DNA of 26,009 nucleotides from an uncultured virus (IMG/VR IMGVR_UViG_3300017917_005385) (IMGVR_UViG_3300017917_005385); one strand, 5' to 3'; counted from the first letter of the stretch, positions 8,736 to 17,919 are shown. Notes: generated by a model from the letters alone, not told the origin. A program made the numbers and translations.

Positions 8736-10835
8736 TTAATTAATTTTTTCGAATTTAACATCTAGGTTTTTGTAATCAACCCAGTAGAATCCGTCTTTAA
8801 TAGACAATGAATCTTCAAACTCAGTATTTAACAATTCTTGAGCTATAACACCTCTAAATTTATTTATGTCATTTAGATAATTCCATTCATAGATATTTAT
8901 ACCTAGATTGCTTTTTCCTACTTTAACTATATTTTCTTTTAATCTTATATCAGAGAAACCACCACTACCGACATTTGAAACACCTGGTTTAGAAACTGGT
9001 GCAGACTCTTTTGTGATAGGTCTTCTTGTTACAACAGCTGTTTCTTGTGGAAGACTAGGATCTTTTATTATCGTAGGTGTTGCATTCTGAGCTGCTTCTT
9101 GATTCATACCAGCAACATTTGCTAGATTGTCATATATCTTATATAAACCAGAATAAACAACAGATCTTATTGATTGTATTTCACTTGTTATATAGAAAAC
9201 ATTAACACCTGATTCGTATAATCTTTTAATATCAGGAAACTTATTTTGTGTTACTCTAAAAGCCAATTGACCTATAGATAAATCTACACTGCCTGAATCT
9301 GTATAAAGTGGAAATTCAAATATTTTATCATCATTCTTGAAAACAAGTTTTACATCACCATAACCTGTCATATTTAAAAAATCGGGCTTATTGACATCAC
9401 CATTAGCTACAGTAAATGTTAATATGTTATCAAATGGATAAAGAAGTATAGTCATCTTACCAATACCATAAAATGTTGTATTATTAAAATTAGCATTATC
9501 TGATTTTCCAATAATGTTTAATTTATCAACAAGAACTGGAAAAGGAACTTTAACTGTCTCTATTTGAACTACTGGTGTATTATTTAAGTTGTTGTTATTA
9601 CCTGTTCCTAATACTCTACCACTTCTAGCTCTATTTGATTTAACAATAGGAATTCTACCCATTGAGTTAGAAACACCAACTAATGAAGGATCTATATTTG
9701 ATTTTATATTATAGATTTTAGGTTTATTAGCATTGTTTAGATTAATCTTAGTTAGATTAAGAGCATATTTAGAAACTTCATCTTGTAACATACCATAAGA
9801 AGCTCTTCTTATTATATAAGAGTCATCAACTGCATCTATTAATCTCATTTCAACATCAACAATAGCAGTTGTTGTAGAATATTTAATAATTGGTCTGTAT
9901 TCTATTGTCTCATTAAAATTATCATTTTGAGTTACAGTAGTTGTCTTACCTCTGATATTTTGCTCATACATTGTTATATTATATTGAACATAATATCTGT
10001 GTCCTATATTAAAAGATTCATCCATAAATTGATTAAATCCAGCTATAGTTCCATTATAAGTTCCGTATATTTCAAAGAAGTCACCATTAGGTGAATGTTG
10101 AACAACTAGTCCTAGTTTTTCAAATTCAGGTGTTTGAGGTACAGTAGTTGTAATCTTTGATGAAAGTATGTAACTAGTTACACCATTTACTGTTTGTATG
10201 TTATCTATAAAGTGAAAATCTATAAAAACAGGAGATGTTATATTTAAACCTGAACCATTTGTAAGATTAGCATTTATACTATTCTCTCTTGGTAGATTAC
10301 CATTTTTCTGGTTTGCTATATCACTTACAGCGGGTACTTGTATAGTTATGTTCTTACCCCAAAGTTTTTCTTGAAAAAGAAGAGGTGGACTTGTGAAACC
10401 TAAAAGATATTGTTGACTAACATCAGTCATATCAAAATAAAAATTAGCCAAGTCAAAAACTCTTTGATTTGATACATCAAATGCGTAAACTCTTAAATAA
10501 AAACCAAGGTGCTCACCAAAAGTCCAGTTTATTGGTATATGAACTTTTAAGGTATCATGTCTTGTTGGATTACCAGAAGCATATTCTTTTACTTGTAGAA
10601 ACGAGTAAAAAGAAGGATTTACTTTTGCATATTTTTGAGTTACTGTATCAACTTTGAATAGTTGATTACCAAGTGTATTTCCTGTAACTGATGAAGAGCC
10701 TGCTATATATGCTTGTCTTCTATCTCTTGAATCAACTAATATATCATACTGCTCACTAATTAAGTTACCGTCATCATATATGTATTCAAGTAATACATCC
10801 TTATTTAGTTTTACATACTTGGAAATTTTCGCCAT
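8736..10835 (-). CDS. Putative virion structural protein with a C-terminal intramolecular chaperone (peptidase S74-like) domain
   Basis: N/T/V-rich 699-aa protein upstream of the tail gene. The last 72 aa start SDIRLKENI and include YEWNY, GVIAQEL and VDY. Confidence 0.7.
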   Translation of the reverse strand: MAKISKYVKLNKDVLLEYIYDDGNLISEQYDILVDSRDRRQAYIAGSSSVTGNTLGNQLFKVDTVTQKYAKVNPSFYSFLQVKEYASGNPTRHDTLKVHIPINWTFGEHLGFYLRVYAFDVSNQRVFDLANFYFDMTDVSQQYLLGFTSPPLLFQEKLWGKNITIQVPAVSDIANQKNGNLPRENSINANLTNGSGLNITSPVFIDFHFIDNIQTVNGVTSYILSSKITTTVPQTPEFEKLGLVVQHSPNGDFFEIYGTYNGTIAGFNQFMDESFNIGHRYYVQYNITMYEQNIRGKTTTVTQNDNFNETIEYRPIIKYSTTTAIVDVEMRLIDAVDDSYIIRRASYGMLQDEVSKYALNLTKINLNNANKPKIYNIKSNIDPSLVGVSNSMGRIPIVKSNRARSGRVLGTGNNNNLNNTPVVQIETVKVPFPVLVDKLNIIGKSDNANFNNTTFYGIGKMTILLYPFDNILTFTVANGDVNKPDFLNMTGYGDVKLVFKNDDKIFEFPLYTDSGSVDLSIGQLAFRVTQNKFPDIKRLYESGVNVFYITSEIQSIRSVVYSGLYKIYDNLANVAGMNQEAAQNATPTIIKDPSLPQETAVVTRRPITKESAPVSKPGVSNVGSGGFSDIRLKENIVKVGKSNLGINIYEWNYLNDINKFRGVIAQELLNTEFEDSLSIKDGFYWVDYKNLDVKFEKIN

Positions 10836-10857
10836 TTAGATAGATTATCTTTTGATT

Positions 10858-10865
10858 TATATATT
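10858..10865 (-). promoter_or_regulatory. AATATATA element (putative phage late-type promoter)
   Basis: Intergenic, 22 nt upstream of the structural gene start at 10835. The same element occurs at five other minus-strand intergenic sites. Confidence 0.6.
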
Positions 10866-10867
10866 AA

Positions 10868-10904
10868 AAAAGAAAACCTTTCTTATTAAGAAAGGCCCTC
10901 TTTT
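10868..10904 (-). terminator. Intrinsic terminator
   Basis: Minus strand AAAAGAGGGCCTTTCTT-AAT-AAGAAAGGTTTTCTTTT followed by T residues. Three G-U pairs form only on the minus strand. Overlaps the stop at 10886. Confidence 0.7.
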
Positions 10905-11293
10905 ATTAATCTATCTCTAACGGAGTTTACTATTTGGTCTTCGGTTAGATTTGAATGAGACTCTACTATTTGTCTGTAAAGCTCTTGTTCTTCTTTTGCC
11001 AATTTTTCCATATCAAGGTTTATAGGCTCTATTAACTTTTCTAATCTTTTACCTTCTTCTTCTACTTCATCAATTATTTTTAATAATTTTTGAAATATTT
11101 CTTTTTCACTTAAACTTGTCTTTGAATTAGTAGAGTCAATATCTTCTTTAAACTTTTCTAATTTTTTGACAGTCTCATCTAGTCTATCTGAAACTTGTAA
11201 TGCTCTAGATTTATATAAATCTAAACTATTAATTAATTTAAAGTATGTTCTTCTTATTGTAATAGCTTTTTGTAAAAATCTTTCATCTATCAT
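10886..11293 (-). CDS. Hypothetical coiled-coil protein
   Basis: 135 aa, K/E/L-rich heptad pattern. Overlaps the upstream gene's stop (ATGA). Confidence 0.7.
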   Translation of the reverse strand: MIDERFLQKAITIRRTYFKLINSLDLYKSRALQVSDRLDETVKKLEKFKEDIDSTNSKTSLSEKEIFQKLLKIIDEVEEEGKRLEKLIEPINLDMEKLAKEEQELYRQIVESHSNLTEDQIVNSVRDRLIKEGLS

Positions 11294-12216
11294 TTTTCAG
11301 TAGATTCTTTTTTAACTCTAGGTTTTCTAGTAGTAGTTTTTTTAGGAAGGTCTTTTGATAAAACAGGTTCTTTCTCTAAAGTAAGAGGTTCATGTTTTTC
11401 AACTTTCTCATTATGTAGCTGGGTAACAGAATCTGTTATTTGTGGATTAACAGGTTGATTAACTTCAACACCATAAACAACTTCTTTAATCTTTTGTCTA
11501 ATCATGTCCTCAATCATTTGAGGATTTCTTAAAAGATTATCAGTAAACTCTGCCGCCAAAAAATCAATGATACTTGTATTATAAGAATCTTCCATCATTT
11601 CAATAAAATCCGGTCTAGGAATTTTATTTTTAATTTCAAGAGATATTGAAAAATCTTTAGATCTTTTAACATTCTTAAACATTGTGATGATTGGATCTTC
11701 AACAACTTGATGTTGAACTATTGGTCTTTGTTCTTGAACTTGAGTTGTCTCACGATTAACTTGTATTGTCTGAACAGGTTCTTCTGATTCAGGATTTAAC
11801 AATTTATTAAATGCTTGATTTTGTCTCTCAATATCATCTTGTGGATTGACAACGCCATACTTTCTAGCTAATTCAGCTCTTTCATCTTCTTCAGAAACTT
11901 GAATAATAGCACTCTCATTAATTTGAGGTCTAAATTGACTATTACCATCAACATTGACCATTATCTCAGCACCTGGCTCGTCTTTTATTTGATCTACAGG
12001 AATATTTTTAATCTTTTCAGCTAAAACATTGTAAGCACCTTGAGTGTTAAAAAAATTTGAAACATCAATTTGTTCAGTATACAAATCAGGGTTTAAAAGG
12101 TTTGAAACTTTCTCTTTACCTTTATTTTCAAGAATAGCAATATCTTCAAATGCGTCGATAACTCTTATCATCTCACCTGTTCTGTTATTCTTATATGTTT
12201 TATTGCTAATACTCAT
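11290..12216 (-). CDS. Hypothetical protein
   Basis: 308-aa ORF with Q/E-rich linkers and a basic tail, directly downstream of the gp32-like gene. Confidence 0.75.
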   Translation of the reverse strand: MSISNKTYKNNRTGEMIRVIDAFEDIAILENKGKEKVSNLLNPDLYTEQIDVSNFFNTQGAYNVLAEKIKNIPVDQIKDEPGAEIMVNVDGNSQFRPQINESAIIQVSEEDERAELARKYGVVNPQDDIERQNQAFNKLLNPESEEPVQTIQVNRETTQVQEQRPIVQHQVVEDPIITMFKNVKRSKDFSISLEIKNKIPRPDFIEMMEDSYNTSIIDFLAAEFTDNLLRNPQMIEDMIRQKIKEVVYGVEVNQPVNPQITDSVTQLHNEKVEKHEPLTLEKEPVLSKDLPKKTTTRKPRVKKESTEK

Positions 12217-12246
12217 ATTTTTAATTTTTCTTTTTAAATTAAGAAT

Positions 12247-12272
12247 AAGGGACTATCATTTGATAATCCCTT
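12247..12272 (-). terminator. Probable terminator/hairpin after the ssDNA-binding protein gene
   Basis: Minus strand AAGGGATTATC-AAAT-GATAGTCCCTT, with one G-U pair specific to the minus strand. The U-tract is weak. Confidence 0.55.
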
Positions 12273-12287
12273 TATCCTTAATAATTT

Positions 12288-13256
12288 TTAAAGGTCATTG
12301 AAAAAATCATCTTCGTCTTCAGTAGCAGAAGCAGTTGTTGCTGGGCTACCAGAGAAGTTATCTTCAAAGTCAAAGTCATCAGAAGATGGTTTTGATTCTG
12401 GTTTATTTGAGAACGAAGAAGAAGCTTTACCAGTTAAGAAGTTTGAAATCTCAGTGATTTTAGCTTGTTGCTCTTCACTTAAACGCTTAGCAGCAAATTC
12501 TTCTAAGTCGTGTTCACGATCCATTAAGAAGTCTTTAATCTTACCTTGTACAGAAGCATCAATTTGACCATCTGAATTCAAAGGAGCGTTTTTGAAAGCG
12601 CCTTTTTCTTTGAAGTAAATAGGAAGTGATGTAGCTTCTGGTTTGAACATACTCATTTTGTAATCAGGGTAAGTTTCATCACCAGTTTGGATTTCTTTTA
12701 CTACAAGTACGAAATCTTTACCAGCTTTCAAGTCGAATACGTTACAAGATACACCAGAGATTTCTCCATTCTTTTCAGCTTGAATCTTATCTTTGATAGT
12801 CTTACCGTATTGGAAAATCATAATCTTACCAACTAATTCAGGTTGTTGTTCGTCTTCAATAACCAATACATAAGAATAGTATTTCTTAGAGTATTTTAAT
12901 TGTTTTGATTTTTCAATTAAGATTGCATTTTTTGAATTCTGCATTGTGTAGTATAAGTCAGTCAAAGGACACTTCTCATTGAAGTTCTTTGGACTATCAA
13001 ACCAACCAGAAAGTTCTTTTGGATTTTTGATATCAACATAGTGAGTAATTTTTTCAATTGCTGACTGTCCAACTTTACCATCTTTGGTTAAGTTCGGAAG
13101 GAATCTTACTACTGATCTCCATCCTTTCTTTTTGTCTTTACATTTTGCAAGATCTACACGGTAAATACCGTCATTACTTGTGCTTGATTTTTGGTCGTTA
13201 AGGAAGTCCATCTTGCTGTCTAAACCGCCATTAAATAAATCATCTAATTCTGCCAT
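12288..13256 (-). CDS. T4 gp32-like single-stranded DNA-binding protein
   Basis: VRFLP, CPL, YYSYVLVIED..PELVGKIMIFQYGKTIKDKI, VFDL..GKDF and YPDY..S.F, with an S/D-rich acidic tail ending DDFFNDL. Confidence 0.88.
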   Translation of the reverse strand: MAELDDLFNGGLDSKMDFLNDQKSSTSNDGIYRVDLAKCKDKKKGWRSVVRFLPNLTKDGKVGQSAIEKITHYVDIKNPKELSGWFDSPKNFNEKCPLTDLYYTMQNSKNAILIEKSKQLKYSKKYYSYVLVIEDEQQPELVGKIMIFQYGKTIKDKIQAEKNGEISGVSCNVFDLKAGKDFVLVVKEIQTGDETYPDYKMSMFKPEATSLPIYFKEKGAFKNAPLNSDGQIDASVQGKIKDFLMDREHDLEEFAAKRLSEEQQAKITEISNFLTGKASSSFSNKPESKPSSDDFDFEDNFSGSPATTASATEDEDDFFNDL

Positions 13257-13416
13257 AATTGCTTTTTATTTTTTATTATATCAAATACTTTGTGTATCTG
13301 ATTATTAATTATATTGTGGGATTAAAAAAAGTTTTAAGAATATTTGTTTGTTTAGATTGAATTAATTATATTCTTTGAAATTTGAAAAAATTCCACACTT
13401 TTATAGAAAAAAATTA

Positions 13417-14310
13417 TTAGAAGTTCAATAAAATCTTTATTGAATAGTCATAAATGTCATTATTAGTAAATAATCTATCACCTCTTGAGTGATCAAAAAT
13501 AACTTCTTCATAGTCAAGAGATGGTAAAATAGACTCTAAAGTTTCATCAATATGTGATTCTAATTCAATAAGATCCATTTTACCTGTTCTGATAGAATCA
13601 GAATGACCACCAATTTCTATATCAACACAAGGTCTATACATATCAAGTATTTTATCAATTGAGTATTTCTCTTTTTTTGATATATCACTTTGAGTTATAA
13701 GAATTGATTTGCCAGACTCACCTTCGAACCTAGCACCTGATTTAATACCAAACTCTTCATAATCTTTGATATTGAAATTCTGACATTGCCATTTTGGTTC
13801 AGTTACATAATAACTCTCATCACTTTGTCTCAAAAAATAACTGGGATAACTACCAATTCTGAAAGTAGGAAAAACTATCTCTTTTATAATATGAATTATT
13901 ATTCTTAATCTATCTCTATCATCCATTTTAACAACTGAAATCAAACCGTTATATCTATTTTTGTTTGGATTATCGTATCTATCCACATCACCATAAGCAA
14001 TACAACGAATAACATATTTATCTTTACCTGAAGGTATTTGATCATAAACATCATACATTCTTAAATGTATTTCTTCAGTATCTACCTTTCTAATAGCGTC
14101 AAACATTCTATCAACCAATGACTCAATCTTTTCAAACCAACCTTCACCAATAAAATGGTCAGACCATTTCTTAATAGAAGATGGTGTTACTGATTGGCTT
14201 TTAGACCAATTAGGACTATTCCATTCCCAAGATTTTAGGTCTTCTATCCAATCATGAATACCATATTTTTGAGATGACTCAAATGTTTTATACTTACTTA
14301 TGTATTTCAT
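13417..14310 (-). CDS. Hypothetical protein with an N-terminal MKYISKYKTFES leader
   Basis: 297-aa ORF. The leader is shared with neighbouring genes. Confidence 0.75.
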   Translation of the reverse strand: MKYISKYKTFESSQKYGIHDWIEDLKSWEWNSPNWSKSQSVTPSSIKKWSDHFIGEGWFEKIESLVDRMFDAIRKVDTEEIHLRMYDVYDQIPSGKDKYVIRCIAYGDVDRYDNPNKNRYNGLISVVKMDDRDRLRIIIHIIKEIVFPTFRIGSYPSYFLRQSDESYYVTEPKWQCQNFNIKDYEEFGIKSGARFEGESGKSILITQSDISKKEKYSIDKILDMYRPCVDIEIGGHSDSIRTGKMDLIELESHIDETLESILPSLDYEEVIFDHSRGDRLFTNNDIYDYSIKILLNF

Positions 14311-15638
14311 TACTTACTTGCTTTGATGACTTTAATTCTTTCTAGTTGATACTTCATAATATCAACCTCTTGATTCTGTTTTAAGAAGTCAACTATCTTT
14401 TGATACATTTGAATTGTAATTCTACAATCTGTTAAGGCATCATGATAGTTTGTCATATTTATTCCAAGAGCTGGCCCTACTTTAGACATAGATGAAGATA
14501 TCAAGCCACCATCTCTTTCTGACTTACCAATAAAGTTTACCATATCTTGATACTTAGAATCTGTCTCAGCTAATGCTTGTAAAAGAGGTAAGTAATATAA
14601 TTGAATTAACATCTTAGTATCAAATACTTCATTATTAATTTTGTGACCATATCTACCAGATAACATAGCCATATCAAAGCCAGCATTTTGTGCTATGTAT
14701 AAACAAGGTTCATAATTACTAATCCAATCAAAGAATTGGTCTAATATTTCTTGTTCATTTTTATATTTGAATTTACCAGAACCATAATGATTGAATCCTA
14801 ATACCCATTTAGTTTTATCACTAGGGTCTTTAAATTTAGATTTAGTTTCATCTGTTAATTTAATTTTCTCATCAAACAATCCTAATTCTTTGAATGTGTT
14901 TGAGTTAAAGTTATAATCAGTTGCTAAACAAGAAACTTGTGTTAATTGTTGTTTCTTAGGACCACCTAATCCAGTCGTTTCAGTATCTATCCACAACCAA
15001 GGCATATTTGATTTAGATTCTAACCATTCTAATATTTGTGGAATTGTTTTATACCACATCTTATTTTCGTTTAGTGATTCAATAATGCCTTTATTATAAT
15101 CAAATTCAGTTTTTGAACCATCAGCCATTGAATAAGTTATCTTGTTAACATTTTTAACCTCATACTTATAATCTGGCTTAACATATTTTTTACCCGTTCC
15201 TTTTTTAACATAAGCTATTGTAATATGTGGTTTGTAATCAGGAAATTGGTCTGAGTTAGGAAATTTAGATAACTCATCATGTAAATGTTGTAAAGCACCA
15301 TCTGGTATTACATTAAATTTAACAACATCAAATTTATCGTTTTTTTCAAATATACCAACACCATCTACTTTAATATTAATATCATCAGAATAGTTTTCAA
15401 ATACAGATTTAACCATTTCAGGTGTTACATCATCATGTAAACCATATAATATAGTAACGTGCGGATTTTCTTGAATTCCCTTAGGATCGTCATTTTCATC
15501 ACCGTAAAATATATCTTCAGGATCAATAGATGATGTTATCTCATTCCAGTTACTAACAGGAATCTCAACCATTACACAGCCATATTTATGACCGTTAATT
15601 GATTCTTTTAAAAATTGTATGTAGTTTTTAATTATCAT
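14310..15638 (-). CDS. Fusion of a 2H phosphoesterase (Acb1/T4 gp57B-like) and a DEDDh 3'-5' exonuclease
   Basis: Two HxT motifs (PHVTILYG, FPDYKPHITIAY) in aa ~18-180. ExoI IDTETTG, ExoII AQNAGFD and ExoIII HDALTD in aa ~213-420. Leader MIIKNYIQFLKES. Confidence 0.85.
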   Translation of the reverse strand: MIIKNYIQFLKESINGHKYGCVMVEIPVSNWNEITSSIDPEDIFYGDENDDPKGIQENPHVTILYGLHDDVTPEMVKSVFENYSDDINIKVDGVGIFEKNDKFDVVKFNVIPDGALQHLHDELSKFPNSDQFPDYKPHITIAYVKKGTGKKYVKPDYKYEVKNVNKITYSMADGSKTEFDYNKGIIESLNENKMWYKTIPQILEWLESKSNMPWLWIDTETTGLGGPKKQQLTQVSCLATDYNFNSNTFKELGLFDEKIKLTDETKSKFKDPSDKTKWVLGFNHYGSGKFKYKNEQEILDQFFDWISNYEPCLYIAQNAGFDMAMLSGRYGHKINNEVFDTKMLIQLYYLPLLQALAETDSKYQDMVNFIGKSERDGGLISSSMSKVGPALGINMTNYHDALTDCRITIQMYQKIVDFLKQNQEVDIMKYQLERIKVIKASK

Positions 15639-16531
15639 ATTCTACCTTGTATTATTATCCTTTTTTCACCACCTAAGTTATTATATGAGAATTTGAAATC
15701 AAGTCCTGTTTCTTCTTGTAATCTTTTTAAGGCAATCATAAAATCTTGAAATTCTTCATTTTCTTCTCCACTTTTATCTTCCCAAGAAATTTCACCGTTA
15801 GAATCCATTGAACCTGTAAACTCAAATCTTTTTTTGTTTGTGTGAATATATTCATCTTCTCTTTCCTTCATTATATACTTGAAGTGAGGCATTGGATGAT
15901 ATGATAAACGATCAACCGAATAACCTTCAGACCAATACCAATCATTATCTTCAAACTCTTGAAAACAATCTTTTACTGAGTCAAGAACTTGTTGATAGAT
16001 TTGTTGTTCCATATCAACACTTTCAAATGTCTTAATTTTATATTTGGGGTTCTTAGCCCATATTTCCCAGTTACCATCTTCAGAAGCATTAAAATAAACT
16101 TCTTCTGCTGATACTATTTCTTTTTTATCTTCATCTTCAATCTCATGAAAATAAGCAACATCAAAAGGATTGTAAGTTATCTTAACCATTTCACTAGTAT
16201 CACTATTAGTTGGAACAACAACACCAGAAACACCGGCAATTAATATTCTTTTATCACTTTGTTTAATTGTTTCAGCACCTGATTCGGATGTTTGAAAGAA
16301 AATAGGTTCTGATAAACGAACTTCATTTGTGTATTTACCAGCTAAACCAGCTTTTCTACCAGATGGACTTGTATCATAAATACCTATCATTCCATTCCAA
16401 CCATTATTACGATGAGTTCTATTTGTGTGAAACCAAAGTTTCTGACCAACTAAGTCGTTAGCGTCAATATATCCCTCAAGATCTTTTCTTGAGTTATAAT
16501 AAACTTCTTCATATTTTTTAAGATACTTCAT
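15635..16531 (-). CDS. Hypothetical two-module protein with MKYLKKYEE leader and an internal KYKIKTFES copy
   Basis: 298-aa ORF. A leader-like motif recurs at aa 163-171. Confidence 0.75.
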   Translation of the reverse strand: MKYLKKYEEVYYNSRKDLEGYIDANDLVGQKLWFHTNRTHRNNGWNGMIGIYDTSPSGRKAGLAGKYTNEVRLSEPIFFQTSESGAETIKQSDKRILIAGVSGVVVPTNSDTSEMVKITYNPFDVAYFHEIEDEDKKEIVSAEEVYFNASEDGNWEIWAKNPKYKIKTFESVDMEQQIYQQVLDSVKDCFQEFEDNDWYWSEGYSVDRLSYHPMPHFKYIMKEREDEYIHTNKKRFEFTGSMDSNGEISWEDKSGEENEEFQDFMIALKRLQEETGLDFKFSYNNLGGEKRIIIQGRI

Positions 16532-16535
16532 AAAG

Positions 16536-16543
16536 TATATATT
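16536..16543 (-). promoter_or_regulatory. AATATATA element, 4 nt before the ATG
   Basis: Minus strand AATATATA-CTTT-ATG, just downstream of a terminator. Confidence 0.6.
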
Positions 16544-16564
16544 TTATTTTACTATCATAAAATA

Positions 16565-16590
16565 AAAAAGAGACCAATTGGTCTCTTTTT
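16565..16590 (-). terminator. Intrinsic terminator (perfect palindrome)
   Basis: AAAAAGAGACC-AATT-GGTCTCTTTTT immediately after the stop at 16592. Confidence 0.8.
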
Positions 16591-16591
16591 T

Positions 16592-16879
16592 TTATTCTTC
16601 TCTATGAATTAATTTAATTTCATCTTCCCAACCTTCTGGTAGTTCTTCCTCTTCTTCTACATCAAAGTCAAAGTCCATTCCAACTAGATAACTCATTACT
16701 GAACTTATCATAATATCATCAGCGCCTCTTTCTTTCATATAAGCTTCAAAGTCTTCTACTGTGAAGTAACCTTTTTCAGATTTTAATTTTTGCATTTCCG
16801 GTAATATACTTATAGCTATATCTTCATGTATATCAGAATCTATTTTACCATATGCTTCAAATGTTTTTAAGTATTTCAT
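16592..16879 (-). CDS. Small acidic hypothetical protein with MKYLKTFE leader
   Basis: 95-aa ORF with an A-rich upstream region and the shared leader. Confidence 0.75.
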   Translation of the reverse strand: MKYLKTFEAYGKIDSDIHEDIAISILPEMQKLKSEKGYFTVEDFEAYMKERGADDIMISSVMSYLVGMDFDFDVEEEEELPEGWEDEIKLIHREE

Positions 16880-16894
16880 AAATGTTAATTATTT

Positions 16895-17380
16895 TTATAG
16901 ACCAAAGAAACTGTGGTCATCAGAATCAGAGTTTTCTCTCATATGTTTTATTTCAGCATCTGTTAGATTGTGAATAGCCCACTTAGCACCGTTTATAAAA
17001 GCGGCATTTTTAGTCATAGTCCCAAAAGCTTTAAGACTATAAGCAGCATCTTGAATTTTAGATTCAATATCTTCTATATTTAAAGTAGGTGTTTCTTCAG
17101 TCTCCATAGCTTCTTCGTCTCTTAAAGTTTCATCTAAGATAATTTGCAAGAAGTTATTAGGGTCAGATATACGACCACTATTAATTACTTGTTGAAGTTC
17201 TTCTGATGTAAAAGTCATCTCATTACATAAGTCGCCTAATTCAGAAAGAATATCACTGTTAGAAGGTTGGTCACCTTCTTCTAATTCACTTTCATCGTAG
17301 TTGATAATAGTATTAGCAAGCTTTATAAACTCTTCAATTCTATCAAGTGATGTCTCGTTAAATTTCTTTAAGTATTTCAT
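16895..17380 (-). CDS. Acidic hypothetical protein with MKYLKKFNE leader
   Basis: 161-aa ORF with the shared leader. Confidence 0.75.
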   Translation of the reverse strand: MKYLKKFNETSLDRIEEFIKLANTIINYDESELEEGDQPSNSDILSELGDLCNEMTFTSEELQQVINSGRISDPNNFLQIILDETLRDEEAMETEETPTLNIEDIESKIQDAAYSLKAFGTMTKNAAFINGAKWAIHNLTDAEIKHMRENSDSDDHSFFGL

Positions 17381-17382
17381 AG

Positions 17383-17907
17383 TTATTTCTTCTTTTTACC
17401 TTCACCAGAAAATGGACTTAATAAATGTTTTAAGTTCCAAGATGGTATGAATTTTTTATTATGCTTTTCAAAATCTTCATATGACTCAATACCTGAGTCA
17501 ACAGGGTTTTGTATGTATTGTATATTAGCGCCTTGTTTGTTCATATCAGAAACTCGGTCTCCTATATCAACACCTTTAGTCATCTTTCTAAGTTTATTCC
17601 ATTGATCAACAGTTTGTTGTCTTGGTAATGATTCATTTGTAGGATTCCCTAAAACAACCTCAATAGTTCCATCTTCATTGAATTGAGCGAACCAAGGACT
17701 ATTAGCAATTTCAATAGTTTGACCAACTAATTCTTCATTGATATCTTCTGGTCCGAACGGCTTAACTGTTTTAACACCAGATTCGTCTATAACAAAATGA
17801 AACTCATCACCCTTATTTTTATCAATAAGACCTTTGATTCTACCAGCTACAGTTATGAATTCTGTAGTGCCGCCAAATGGTTTTAATCTTGCTCTAATAA
17901 TTTTCAT
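17383..17907 (-). CDS. Hypothetical protein
   Basis: Start moved from 17934 to the ATG at 17907 (MKIIRARLK), because 17908-17951 holds the AATATATA element and a terminator. Confidence 0.7.
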   Translation of the reverse strand: MKIIRARLKPFGGTTEFITVAGRIKGLIDKNKGDEFHFVIDESGVKTVKPFGPEDINEELVGQTIEIANSPWFAQFNEDGTIEVVLGNPTNESLPRQQTVDQWNKLRKMTKGVDIGDRVSDMNKQGANIQYIQNPVDSGIESYEDFEKHNKKFIPSWNLKHLLSPFSGEGKKKK

Positions 17908-17911
17908 AAGG

Positions 17912-17919
17912 TATATATT
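17912..17919 (-). promoter_or_regulatory. AATATATA element, 4 nt before the ATG
   Basis: Minus strand TTAATATATA-CCTT-ATG, with the same spacing as at 16536. Confidence 0.6.

Noticed and set aside
8908..10657. Plus-strand ORFs 8908-9090 and 10469-10657
   Set aside because: Short antisense shadows inside the 699-aa structural gene.
12044..12567. Plus-strand ORFs 12044-12301 and 12298-12567
   Set aside because: Antisense to the gp32-like gene and its neighbour. The Ser-rich translation is typical of a shadow frame.
14310..15002. Calling the DEDDh domain DNA polymerase III epsilon (dnaQ)
   Set aside because: Only the generic DEDDh motifs are visible. The fusion context and insertions do not support that specific assignment.
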